From the NCBI GenBank assembly GCA_965202585.1, contig OZ241829.1, positions 24,552,001-24,616,000 of the forward strand: 64,000 nucleotides of DNA, in the 5' to 3' direction. Of this stretch, positions 33,081 to 44,400 are shown in pieces. Every line of letters starts with the position of its first letter. Within the stretch, counting starts at the first letter, position 1. Both the position numbers and the translations under genes were made by a program. The notes under the pieces are model-generated. The model made no database searches. It worked only from the letters and a program-made list of their open reading frames with translations, and was not told where the DNA came from. This stretch comes from Thalia democratica (taxonomy: Eukaryota).

Positions 33081-36000
33081 AATTTTGAGATTACAAAAAA
33101 AAACATAGAGTTAGATTAAGTATGTAGTTAATATTTAATAAAGTATTTGAAGAATACTGAACTGGGGATTTTGTAGTCATTGCGGAGAAGTGTTCAATTA
33201 AAAAGTATGTACGACAAAGCCATATAACTAAAATATCATTGTGAAAATAAGGTAAAACAAATAAAGAGAATCAAATAAAAATTTTCAGCTTCAGTTGTTA
33301 AATGGTTTGCATGTAAATACAAACTGAGTTATGACTTTTAAGGAGAAATGCAGTAATAAAAGTGTTTACGTAGTCCCACCACCAGCGACGCTTATAAAGA
33401 TTTTTAACAGAGGTGTCATAGTAAACCCAAAACGCGTTTAATTGGAAATAGGAAATAAGTTTTCTTAAAAAATCAATATTTGTAATATCAACAAATAAAT
33501 AATTTTAATGTAGTCTAAGGTTGTATGTATTAAAATTTTCGAGCTATATAAAAAAAATGCCTCATTTTATAAAATTTATCGGACTTTAAGTAGTAGCTCT
33601 TATAAAATAGATTTACTCTATGTACTTTTTTACTATATAAATGTCTTTGTTTTAAAAATAAGAATAGAAAATTTAAACCCAAATTTTAACTAATTCCGTT
33701 ATTCAACTGCTTGTAGATGTTTAATAGGTACTAAATATAAAGTTTAAATAGCAAAAAAGACTATTTAAACCATAGTTATTTAATCAAAGTTAAAAAAAAG
33801 GCTCTAAAGGGTGTCTTTAAATATTATTTAGGCTATTTTATTTAAAACCGCGTACTTGGAATTGTTTTCTTATTTTTTGTTTATCTACAAAATCTGACGA
33901 TTTTAAAAATACATACATATATTTTCAGTGCACCCTGAAGTTTCTAAATTACAGAAATTTTACCAGGTTTTCGATAGAAAACCATGCAAAAAAGTACATA
34001 TTTAGTTTGTTTTAATTTACTACTTTACAAAAAAAGAAAACAAATAGTAAAATACTAAAAAAACTTACTTATAAGTCCTTAAATAACCTTTTTTAAACTA
34101 TGAAAATTCCGTTAAGACATCAAAACTTGAACTAATCAAAAACCCTTCAAATTGCCTTACGTTAACTGGCACAGCTTTTGTTGTAGATGGAATTTTTTAG
34201 TTTAGTTTGCAGCAACAAATGCGCTAGAATTTTGAATTTCTACCCACAATTTCATAAATATTTCAAAAATTATTTTTCCAGTTGCTAGTCCACTGTGGGT
34301 GTATTTAGATAGTTATAAGTTTGATTATATTTAAATAATTGTGTTTAAAAATGAGAGTAATAGTATAAGATCAAAACTTAACAGTTTTGTTGGAACGCAA
34401 GCAATGTAATGTTAAAATGTTTCAATTAAACAAACTTAAAAATATTTTTTAATTAAACTTAAAGTACACTTGAAAGTTTTAGTATAAACTTAGAGCATAT
34501 TAGAATATCATCTTCAGTTGACTTGTAATTAAAGTTATATAAAACTGTATGTATGGCTATTATGATAAAATTTAATTTATTTAATTTAATTAAATTTTCA
34601 TTTACTTAAATAGTTTAACAAAAAAGTATGTTTTTTGAAAAATTGTATCTTAGATATTTTAACAACATAATTTAGAAAGTTTAATCAAAACGACACTCTT
34701 TGTCAAGTTACTTTAAAAGTGTGTGTGTTTTATTAATTTCAATTTGTTTTTAATGACTTTTTAGTATTTTTTGTGCTTATATAAACAATAATAAATAACG
34801 ATTTGACTTGTTATAGAAACGCAAACGTAATGATTACAAGAAATAATGTTACTGACTAAAAAAATATCCTTTTCATAAAAGAAACAACAACTTTAAATAT
34901 CATACGTTTTAAGAGGAAACTTCAAAGTTTATAACTACATACAGAAGTTTATACTAAGCTTTGCTAAACTTAAACTGTTTTATATTTCTGAAAGTAGAAA
35001 AAAAAATTCTAGCTAAAACTTGAGACTCAACAAAAACATTAGTATTAGTTTACTTTATACTACAGTTATACTGTTAAAACAACACCGTAATCGTTTAACA
35101 TTAATAAAAAGGTATTTAACAACTTACTAACTACATTATTTTTCTTACAATTATAATTTACTGTGTTTTTTATTTTACCTTGCTTTACTTCAATCTATTC
35201 GAATATCACTAAACTTTCTTCTTTTTTTTAAACTTGTTTTAACGACTAATATCTCAAAATTTAAGCAATTAGTTATTTAAGTATTTAACTTGTACAGTAA
35301 CAATAGCTGTAGTAGCTTTATTAGTTTTAGTTGTTTAAGTAAAGTTGCATTCACACTATAAAATATAATAAACAAGTAATTTGTTATGTATTTTAAACTA
35401 ATTCAAAACAACCAACACTGATTAAAAGATAAGTCAGTAAACAGTTAATAAATGAAAAGAAATTATATTATCTATAAAAAAATATTTTTTCTGTAAAAGT
35501 TATAAATTTTTTTTCATTTGGTTAATTAGTATTTTTGTATTGTTTAAAAAAAACATCAAAATCGACTACTATTAGCAGCTTAGTAATTTTTATAAATTAT
35601 TTGATACTTGCTTTAAAAAACTCAGGTATGTATTTACAATATCCTCTTTGTTGTTTGAGAAAGTTAAAATATAATAAACTCTTTTTAAATTAAAACTTTG
35701 ATAAACTTAGTTTTAAAACGAAGATTTTATGATAAATAGAAAACATTTATGTCAATATTTGTTCTAGACTTCATCAATTTTAAACATGCTAAAATATATA
35801 AATTTGTATATTTAAACTGGATCAGCAACTAGAAAATAAAAAAAAAAGTTTTTTAGTTACCAAAAACCAATAATCTAGTGTATTTTTAGATTTCATGAAT
35901 TAAAATGTTTTGTCAACAAAAAATGTTTCAGAAGGCGCTAAGAATAATGGCAATCCTAGCTAAGAATCAAGTTATGATATACATCAAAACCTCCGGTTAA

Positions 36001-36631
36001 AAAAATATATTAAAACTATTACCTGTTTAATAACGAAAAAATCTTGTCTTTATATCGTTACTAAACCTTCAAAAGTTAAAGTACTTGAAAATAAACTTAT
36101 TTTTTAAGTATAAAAAACCACAAAACAAAAATATTTCAGAAAGAAACTACCTTAGGTCTGATAACTTTTTTTTGTAAGAATATTTTGTAAAAGTAAAAAA
36201 CAGTTACGATATAACCTTAAGCTTTATTAAAGCAATTTTTTTTTTTAAATATAAACAAACACAAATATTTATTTAAAAATTTACTGATAGTAATCATGCA
36301 TGTTTTTATAATTTTTTGAATCAAGTTCTAAAAGACTATACCAGTTTGTTTAACACGAAAAAGAAATCAAAGCTCAAAAATATTTTCAAAGAACTTGGTG
36401 TATAGAAAGACTTTTTGATCATCAAACCTTTTTTATTTATTATAACAACAAAACTTTTTAACACTAAATTAATTTGAATTAATTTATTCATAGCAAATGA
36501 TTAAAACTAACATAATTGGATGTGGAGACCAGATGTTAAAACTTTTCATTAAGAGTTGGTTAATTTGAAATTTTTTACATATTTTAAAGTTGAAATTTTC
36601 AAAATTTACATTAAACGGAAATATTAAAAGT

Positions 36632-37497
36632 TTAAAAGTACTTTTTAAAAATATTGGCAGTAAAATTTTCATCTGCAAATGGTAAATTTTTGCCTTTTTT
36701 AATTGTTTCGAGCTCCAGATTAAAAATTTCAACAGAATCTGTAAAAGTATCTTTTATAGGTAGATCAATATTTCCCCCCATAATGTAAACAAGATTTCTC
36801 AGTCTTGCAACAGCGAAACCGGTTCTAGCTACGTGGAGCTTCGTCTCTATAGTCTGTATTTCACCTGTTATTGTATCGAACTTTTCTATAGAATCTGTTA
36901 CCTTTTCATTTTCTAGCCGGCCTCCAATGATGTAAATAAAGTTTTTATACGCCACAGCTTGGGGAAGGTTTCTTGCTCTTTCCAGCTTAGCACCAATGAC
37001 ACTCCAAGTTTGCGTCTTCCTGTCAAACTTTTCAATTGTGTTTAAACAGCCGTAGCCGTCGTCACCCCCAATTGCAAATATGTCGCCATCTTCGCTTTTG
37101 ACCATGACATGCTCATTTCTCGCTTTAGTTAAACTCCCCACTTGCGTCAAAGTGTCGTGGTTGGTGTCGTACAGATAAGTCGTCTCATTTGCGTTAGACC
37201 AATCATTGCCACCGGAAATAATAAAACTGTCACTATCATACTGACAAATTCCGATGTTTTGTCGAAAAAATCCCAAGGGACTAACTGCACTAAAAGTTCT
37301 GGTCGCCTGGTCAAATCTATCTACATCATCATACGTATTTATATTTCCTCCTACAATGTATACTCCGTTTTTCATTGCAACGGAACCATGCCCTCGTCTA
37401 GGATTGGGTAGATTTTGTATATTTTGCCATGTTTCGCTCACGAGTGAATACGAATAAACAGCGTCACAGTGATAGTAACCGCCGACAAGCAATATTT
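36632..37497 (-). CDS. Kelch-repeat beta-propeller terminal exon (about 6 blades)
   Basis: 288 open codons after acceptor tcacag, with repeated GG..Y/F and W blades (LVGG, IVGG, ISGG, AIGG, IIGG, IMGG); phase 1, like the upstream sushi exons. Confidence 0.9.
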
Positions 37498-37988
37498 CTG
37501 TGATTTAAAAAAAATAAGTGACTTTTTTACACATAGTACAACATTTCAAAAACTTTTACCAAAAGTTTTCCGAACTCTTGTGTTTTTAAAGTTGATAGTT
37601 ATACATTAATGTTAGACCTTTTAAAAATTTTCAAATCCTTAAAAACATTTACCAATGGATTTGATTTATCATTTTTAGTATTTACACTGTTTTTGTTTGC
37701 TTGAAATGATTTTAAACACATTAAAAATTAAAAACTGTATGAAATTATTAATGAATCTATATATATCAAAAGTTTGTATTTTTTATTGATGTTGTTCATT
37801 GTGCGACGTTGGACTAAGGCATGTAAACCCGAGTCACTTAAACAGAAGACACGCGAAGAGTAAAAATCAGAAATATTTTTAATGATATAGGTATTTAATA
37901 TAATAATCTAAATATATAGAGTTGGAAATTTCATAATTTCAATTCATGGAAGAACATACAATGACTTTATTTAATTATACTACTTCAC

Positions 37989-38179
37989 CTTTAACGCATT
38001 TTCCAACTTTGTTATCCAAGACGCCGTTTGTACAACTTATAATTGGATTTTCTTAAGTATAAAAATACCCTTCTTCGCAAACATATTTTACACTAACTTC
38101 AATTGGATGAGTTGAGTTTACATCAGCATTTTTACTAACTGCTTTCTAGCGTTCTGTACCGAAGGAAAAATTCCCAAAC
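37989..38179 (-). pseudogene. Sushi/CCP exon with a premature stop
   Basis: ...IEVSVKYVCEEGYFYT*ENPIISCTNGVLDNKVGKCVK then donor gtgaag; in-frame TAA. Confidence 0.7.
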
Positions 38180-38502
38180 CTATGGACAAAAATTAAAAAA
38201 TACTAAAATAAAGCACTTTAATAATATATATCTCTACATTTAAATTAATTTGGTTCCATTTTTTTTAAGAGATGAAAAGACACTTAAAAGAATAGTACTT
38301 TATCTTCTAAAAAGATGAAGCACCATCTAAAATCTCAATAAAAACTGATTGCTGGTAAAAACGTTATTTGATCATTTTAAGTTAGGAGATGTGGCATCCT
38401 GCATTGCATGACTATTGTTTAGTAAACTTTTCGGTGTGGTATTACTTGAGAATAATTTATGTTGATCATTCAAATTCTGATATTTTCAAGACATCCCTTC
38501 TG

Positions 38503-39076
38503 AAGTGTAGTTGTCAAATTTGCACGAAGACAAAGTTGCAAGAAGGGACAAAATTGTACGAGGGCACAAAATTGCACGAAAACACTTTTGCACGGAGACA
38601 CTTTTGGACGTGATGATTTTTTTTTAGTTTAAATTTTTTTTTAATTCTTTTTTACTATCACTGTTACCCCTAACCCTTACCCTCGATCAGTAGCTTTTTT
38701 TTTTTTTTTTCTTAATAATTTTTATTAATCTTTTTTTTACCATTACTGTTACCCCTAACACTTACCTTCGGTCAGTAACTTTTTTTTGTTGTTTATTTAT
38801 TAATTTAAATTATAGATGTTTTTTGTTTTTTTTGTTTTTTGGTCCTTTTTTCTGTTTTTTTTTACTCTTGTCCAAAAACGACCCTCCGTGCAAAACTGAC
38901 TCTTGGTGCAAAACTGTCTTCGTGCAATTTTGTCCCCTCGTGCAAATTTGTCTTCGTGCAAAAGTATCTTCGTCCAATTTGTCTTCGTGCAAAAGTATCT
39001 TCGTCCAAATTTGTGCCCTCGTGCAATTTAGTAACCTCCTGCAATTTTTTCTTCGTGCAATTTTTACCTGTTTCCC
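38503..39076 (-). mobile_element. TTGCACGA foldback element (copy 2, inverted relative to copy 1)
   Basis: Same arms and CCCCTAACCCTTACCCTCG centre as 16339-16980; its ends match copy 1 ends in reverse. Confidence 0.8.
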
Positions 39077-39368
39077 TACTGAGATACTAAACTAAAATAC
39101 CAAAACGCTGAGTGCCTCGGTCGATAGTTTGAAAGGAAATTATGTTTCTATTCAAAAGGAAGGACATCAAGTAGAAAATGAATAGTTTCTATTTATTTTT
39201 ATTTTCCTTAGATATGTCTTTAATAACTTTTTCTTTATTTTTTGATTTTTTTGCTAATAAACCGTGTAACAAAATGCAAATAAATTTTTTTATTTGGCTT
39301 TTTTGAATTTGAATTAAATAAAAAACACGTAAGTTTTCAACTATAAAAAAAATGGTAACTTATCTTAC

Positions 39369-39548
39369 CAGGAAGACATTCTCATAGTTTTCTTCTCCAC
39401 TTCCCATCACCATCACAATACAGTTTGTTCTTTGATTCAGGGAATAGTAAATAACCAAAATTACATTTATACTCTATTGTCTGGTTCCATTCAATGTGTT
39501 TTGTTACGTCATAACTTCCATTTGGAAGAGTTGGAACCGCTGGACAAT
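39369..39548 (-). pseudogene. Sushi/CCP exon with an in-frame TGA
   Basis: 180-nt phase-1/phase-1 exon DCPAVPTLPNG...YKCNFGYLL...YCDGDGKW....*ECLP with all four CCP cysteines; TGA at 39384-39382. Confidence 0.85.
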
Positions 39549-40022
39549 CTTTAAAAAAATTTAAGAACACGTTGTTAAACATACAGCTTGTATAACTATG
39601 ACGTTATAAAAATATAAGTAGTCGATGATTCGAATGATTATAGAAATAAACTATAAGCATACACTTATAAAAAGTTCTTAATGTTTTAAAGAATTACCTA
39701 CAATGAACTTTTACCTTTTTTAATTTGATTGTACTTTTACTAGACTATTTCATAAAAAGGGTTTGTTTACTAAAAATATATTCTACTCCCTACCTAGTTC
39801 TATAGTTAATATAAAAGTGTAAAGATTTAAATATAGAAAAGTTTAACTAAACAGATCATTTGCAATTAGTTGAAACTTTTTATTCACAGTATAAAAATAT
39901 GCTTATTTATTCAATACACAGTTGTGAAAAAGTTTGTTACCTAACAACTTACTTCTTATTATTTTTAAACATACTTTATTTTATATAAGCTAACTACAGG
40001 TAAAAAGCTTAAAACGTTTTAC

Positions 40023-40159
40023 CTTTCACGCATTTTCCAAAAGTGTTGTCGAAGACGCCATTTTTACAATTGGATTTTTCAAAGTGTAGTAATACCCGTA
40101 CTGGCAAACATACTTCACACTAGTTTCGATCTGATGGTTTGAACTAATGGTGATAGTTG
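40023..40159 (-). pseudogene. 3' part of a sushi/CCP exon split by the provirus (5' part at 53914 to about 53965)
   Basis: Joining the flanks gives CSPEYISWPIIPTITISSNHQIETSVKYVCQYGYYY. A 7-nt deletion relative to the 37989 paralog then shifts the frame to CKNGVFDNTFGKCVK, followed by donor gtaaaa. Confidence 0.7.
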
Positions 40160-41480
40160 TGTAGGACACTTGTGCAAAATCTTATTTTGCCTTGTGTCCA
40201 AATTTTTATAATTTAAAGGAATTAATGTTTTTCACTTGATATTATATTTTTTTTTCCTTAAAAAAGAAAACATTGAATAAATATAGTAAAACTGTTTTCA
40301 AATAAAAAAACTATTTTTCACAAACAAAATAAGTGCTAGTTAAAATGATTGTTGTCTTTGATTTCTTGATTAAACTGGAAATTGCTGTTCATGGGTGTGG
40401 CTAAGGGAAAATGAGAGAATAAAATGAGAGATCAAGTGATCTACAGTCCAAAGTCCAGGAAAATGAGAGAATCAAATGAGAGATCGCGTGATTTATGGAA
40501 AATTCTAGAAAAAGAATTCAAAATCTATAAATACGCTCAATCAGAGCATGAAGCGGGCAATCCACCACGAAACAAGCAAGAAGCGACACTCTGCTCCGCA
40601 AAAGAAATAACATCGTCAATCTTCAAGCAAGAAGATTTCAACAACCATCTAATCGAAGAAGCCCACGCATTCTGTGGCATCGAGAATTTCAGTACTGGTA
40701 GTACTCTTTCATCAAACACTCTAAGTTGGACTCAACGATCGAGTCACAGCGTTCAATCAAGTTAAAGTATACATTCATCTCAGCAAGCAAACCCACACAG
40801 ACTGGGCGCCAACCTTAGCTACACTTCAACGAACAAGTTGTTTCATACTGTTTGACTCTATCGTATTGTTTATATATTCATATTATCATATATACTCACT
40901 ATTGTATTTGCATTGTAATATTTATATATATTTATATCACCGCATTTATTCACTATTGTATTTGTATTGTATTAATTATACATATTGATATCATCGTGCT
41001 TATTTTTTATCGTATTTTATCGCCGCTCTGCTTACGGAAAGGAAAAGAAACAGACCACGCTACGTCTAGCCAGATTCTGCAAACGAGACGGACCAACGTC
41101 GAGTGCCAGAAGCTGAGCGAACGAGACCAGTGACACGCCAAAGGGGGAATCCGGAGCGCGGTTCCTTCTATTTGTTAACATTAAGTGTCTAAACTTATTG
41201 TGAGCTGTCATTGCGTATTTGTACATAATAAACCAACATTATTTAGTTTCATTATATTTAGTCAAATATATATAAATATAAATAAAGTTAAATATAAATT
41301 ATATAATTATGTCCTTAAAACCCTTAAAAAAGGCATTAGTCCTGAAGGTACCCAGGACTCGGTCCAGAACCGAGATAAGTTGTTCCGAGACTATTGCTAA
41401 CCTGGAATCCGATGAGATTGTTGAGACTGAAACCGAGGCAATTGCGAAGGAAACCAGTGAGGCTCCTAGTCTGGGTAACA
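40160..41480 (+). repeat. 5' LTR (1321 bp)
   Basis: TG...CA ends; no difference from 52593-53913 in the stretches compared, and all internal ORFs translate identically; TATATAAA at 41269, AATAAA at 41227 and 41281. Confidence 0.95.
40424..40765 (+). CDS. 113-aa ORF inside the LTR (U3), function unknown; duplicated at 52857-53198
   Basis: Open frame in a GC-richer LTR segment, overlapping a 52-nt tandem duplication; no recognised homology. Confidence 0.35.
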   Translation: MRDQVIYSPKSRKMRESNERSRDLWKILEKEFKIYKYAQSEHEAGNPPRNKQEATLCSAKEITSSIFKQEDFNNHLIEEAHAFCGIENFSTGSTLSSNTLSWTQRSSHSVQSS

Positions 41481-44400
41481 ATAATGGCGTCCTCCGAAGC
41501 GAACATCCGCCGACCACAGAAGACAACACTAAAAAAATTATCGAATTAACTAAATTAGTAGAAAATAGTAACAAACTAATAGAAGATAAATTTAATACTA
41601 TTTTAAAAACAATTTCTATACAGAACTCTCAATCATCGAATATCCCTACAAATACCGAGGTAAGTACAATAAATAATCTTAACTCACATATGAATTTAAC
41701 AGATCCTGAAAAAATACAACCAACAATGACAACAGAGGCGGTATCAACATTACCTACCAACAAAATCCAGACACCAATTCCATTATCAAGCCATGCTTCC
41801 AAATCTTGCACAATACCAAGCAATTACAATTCAATTTTAAACGTTGACCAGTCAAACGAAAGAAATGGAAGTCAACCACAAGATAATAACCAGTCGATTG
41901 CACAGTTACAAAGGCAAATTGACAACATCCAAAAGACAATAAACCAAAATCCTATCCACGAACGTGTAACAACCCAACCTAACACCAACCACATTTTTGG
42001 CAACCACGATCCGATACCCAGAAATCAACACTTCCAGCAAACAGTTAATTCGAGGCTATCAAATAGCATTTCTGATAAAGCATTCAGAAAAATTTCAGGG
42101 GAAAGACCAAGAGAGGAGTTGAGCCTCTTCGAGGTTCAATGTAAAAGCCAAGAAATTTTTGATGATCAAACACAATTTGAGATTATTATCGGAATCTGGC
42201 CAATTAATGACGTACTTTCTTATGTAAAAGCTGGCAAACCATCTAGTTATATCTGTTTTAAACAAGAAATCTTAAGTATGACCCCATGTTTGCCAGACAT
42301 ACTTAAACCTCCACCCATTTGGAGCAGCACTCCAACCTTTAAAGATATCCATCAACTAATATCAAAAGGTCTTACATGCTCTCAAGATGACCTTTACAAA
42401 CATTTGGCACTGATTTATTGCCCGAAATGGGCTAGTAACATTCTAAAAAAAGACCTTGAATTACAAATTGATAAATTCAAAGGTCGGGTTATGTGGACTC
42501 TTGAACAAGGCCCAATTGATTTGAAAACAAATTACAATAATCGAAAATCAAACAACCAGTATAATTTTAATGACAAATTTCACAACGCATTCAATCAACA
42601 ACAAAACCAAAACTTTTCAAATTATAACCAGAACAGATACAATCAAGCACAAAACTATAGACCAAATCTTAACCAGTTTGATAATAAAAATAATAACAGG
42701 TGTAGTTATCACGTTAGGTTCGGTGAAAAATCTAATAATTGTGAAGGCCAACAATGCGATATGTACCAAAAATTTTTAGAGAAAAAATTGAGCTTTCTCA
42801 AAAATAAACCTGCAGCAGTTAACATGTCAATAATACAAGATATTTCGAATGCTGAACAAAGTGAAAATTCCACTCAAGACAAACTAACAAACAGTAATAA
42901 AGTAGATGAATGCATTACTAACGACAGAAAAAATGAGGAAATTAAACAAGAAACAAACAAAATAGATGATAAATTCATTACAAGGAAATTGCCTTATGAA
43001 ACAAAACTAAAAAACAATACTGAACTATTAATAATTGCCGACAATGAAACCTCTGTACAATATCTTTTCGATACGGGTGCAGAAGTTTCGATTATACCCA
43101 AATCCATGGTTGAAACATATGAAAAGGACAAGTCAGCGCCTAATATATGCGACATAAATGGCAAAACATCTAAAGCATTAGGTTATTCAATGAAGTACGT
43201 TAAAATTGGCCTGAAACCGGACCTGCCACATTCTTTCTACGTAATAGACACAGATATTCCTTTCGCAATTCTAGGTTTAGATTTCATAATTAAACATAAA
43301 TTAACAATAATACCACAAGAAAAAACTATTGTACAAGGTGATTCAGGAGTTAAACTGAAATTAAAACAGCTAACTACTCCTGAAACAGAAACGAAAATAG
43401 AAGTAGAAAATCTCCTAAATCTTTTTCCTGAAATCGACAAAGAACCAAACTACAAAGAAAAGCCCAAGCACAACCATGTCTTAGATATAAAACTTGAAAA
43501 AGAATTTTCACCCCGACACCAAAGAGCAAGGAAAACTAACAAAACTGTTTCAAAGGAAATAGAAGATAATTTTGATAAATTACTCAAACAAGGGGCGGTA
43601 ATAAGAGGCATTTCTGAAATAGTCTCACCTTTAACTGTAGTCAGAAAAAAGAACGGAAAGCCAAGGGTATGTGTGGATTACCAATATATTAACCAATACA
43701 CTAAAATAATGAGCTACCCTTTACCAAATATTGACGATCTTTCTTCTATTATACCAGTCAACTCTAGAGTTTTTTCAACACTTGACCTGAGAGAAGCATA
43801 TTTGAATCTTCCCTTAACTTACCGAGCACAAAAAGTAGCAGCCATGATTTCTCAATATGGCACATTTTTGCCGTTAAGAACAACCTTCGGCCTTAAGAAT
43901 GCCCCAATGGCATTCCAAAGGCTTATGGATGACATAATGGCTCCATGCCATAATTTCAGCTTTACATACATAGATGACATTATAATTTATTCGAAATCAA
44001 TGGAAGAACACATGCAACATCTGTTTGAAGTATTGTTTCAACTTAACAAATTTGGATTGCATATCAATAGGGAAAAATGTAAATTCGCCGCTGAAGAAGT
44101 TCAATACCTTGGACACATACTGAGTAGCAAAGGTTTTTATATGCAACAAAGTAAAGTTGAAGCTATCGAAAACTTCCAAACCCCACAAACCATCAAACAT
44201 TTGCGGTCCTTTCTTGGCTGTCTAAACTACTACAACAAATTCGCTCCGAAACTGGCAGAAATACTACAACCATTATATAAATTAACAACAGGAGAGCCAA
44301 AAAATTCTAGAAAAAAGTTAATCTGGGAAACTGAACACCAAGCAGCATTTGAAAAAGCTATACAAACACTAGTTTCGGCCACTCATCTTTCTTATGAAGA

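Noticed and set aside
38810-39095. Cluster of short ORFs on both strands (also 16708-16908 and 38389-38613)
   Set aside because: These are by-products of the TTGCACGA foldback repeats.
40852-41133. 93-aa hydrophobic ORF in the LTR (and its copy at 53285)
   Set aside because: It has a non-ATG start and is an Ile/Tyr-rich translation of low-complexity TAT/ATT repeats; there is no sign of coding constraint.
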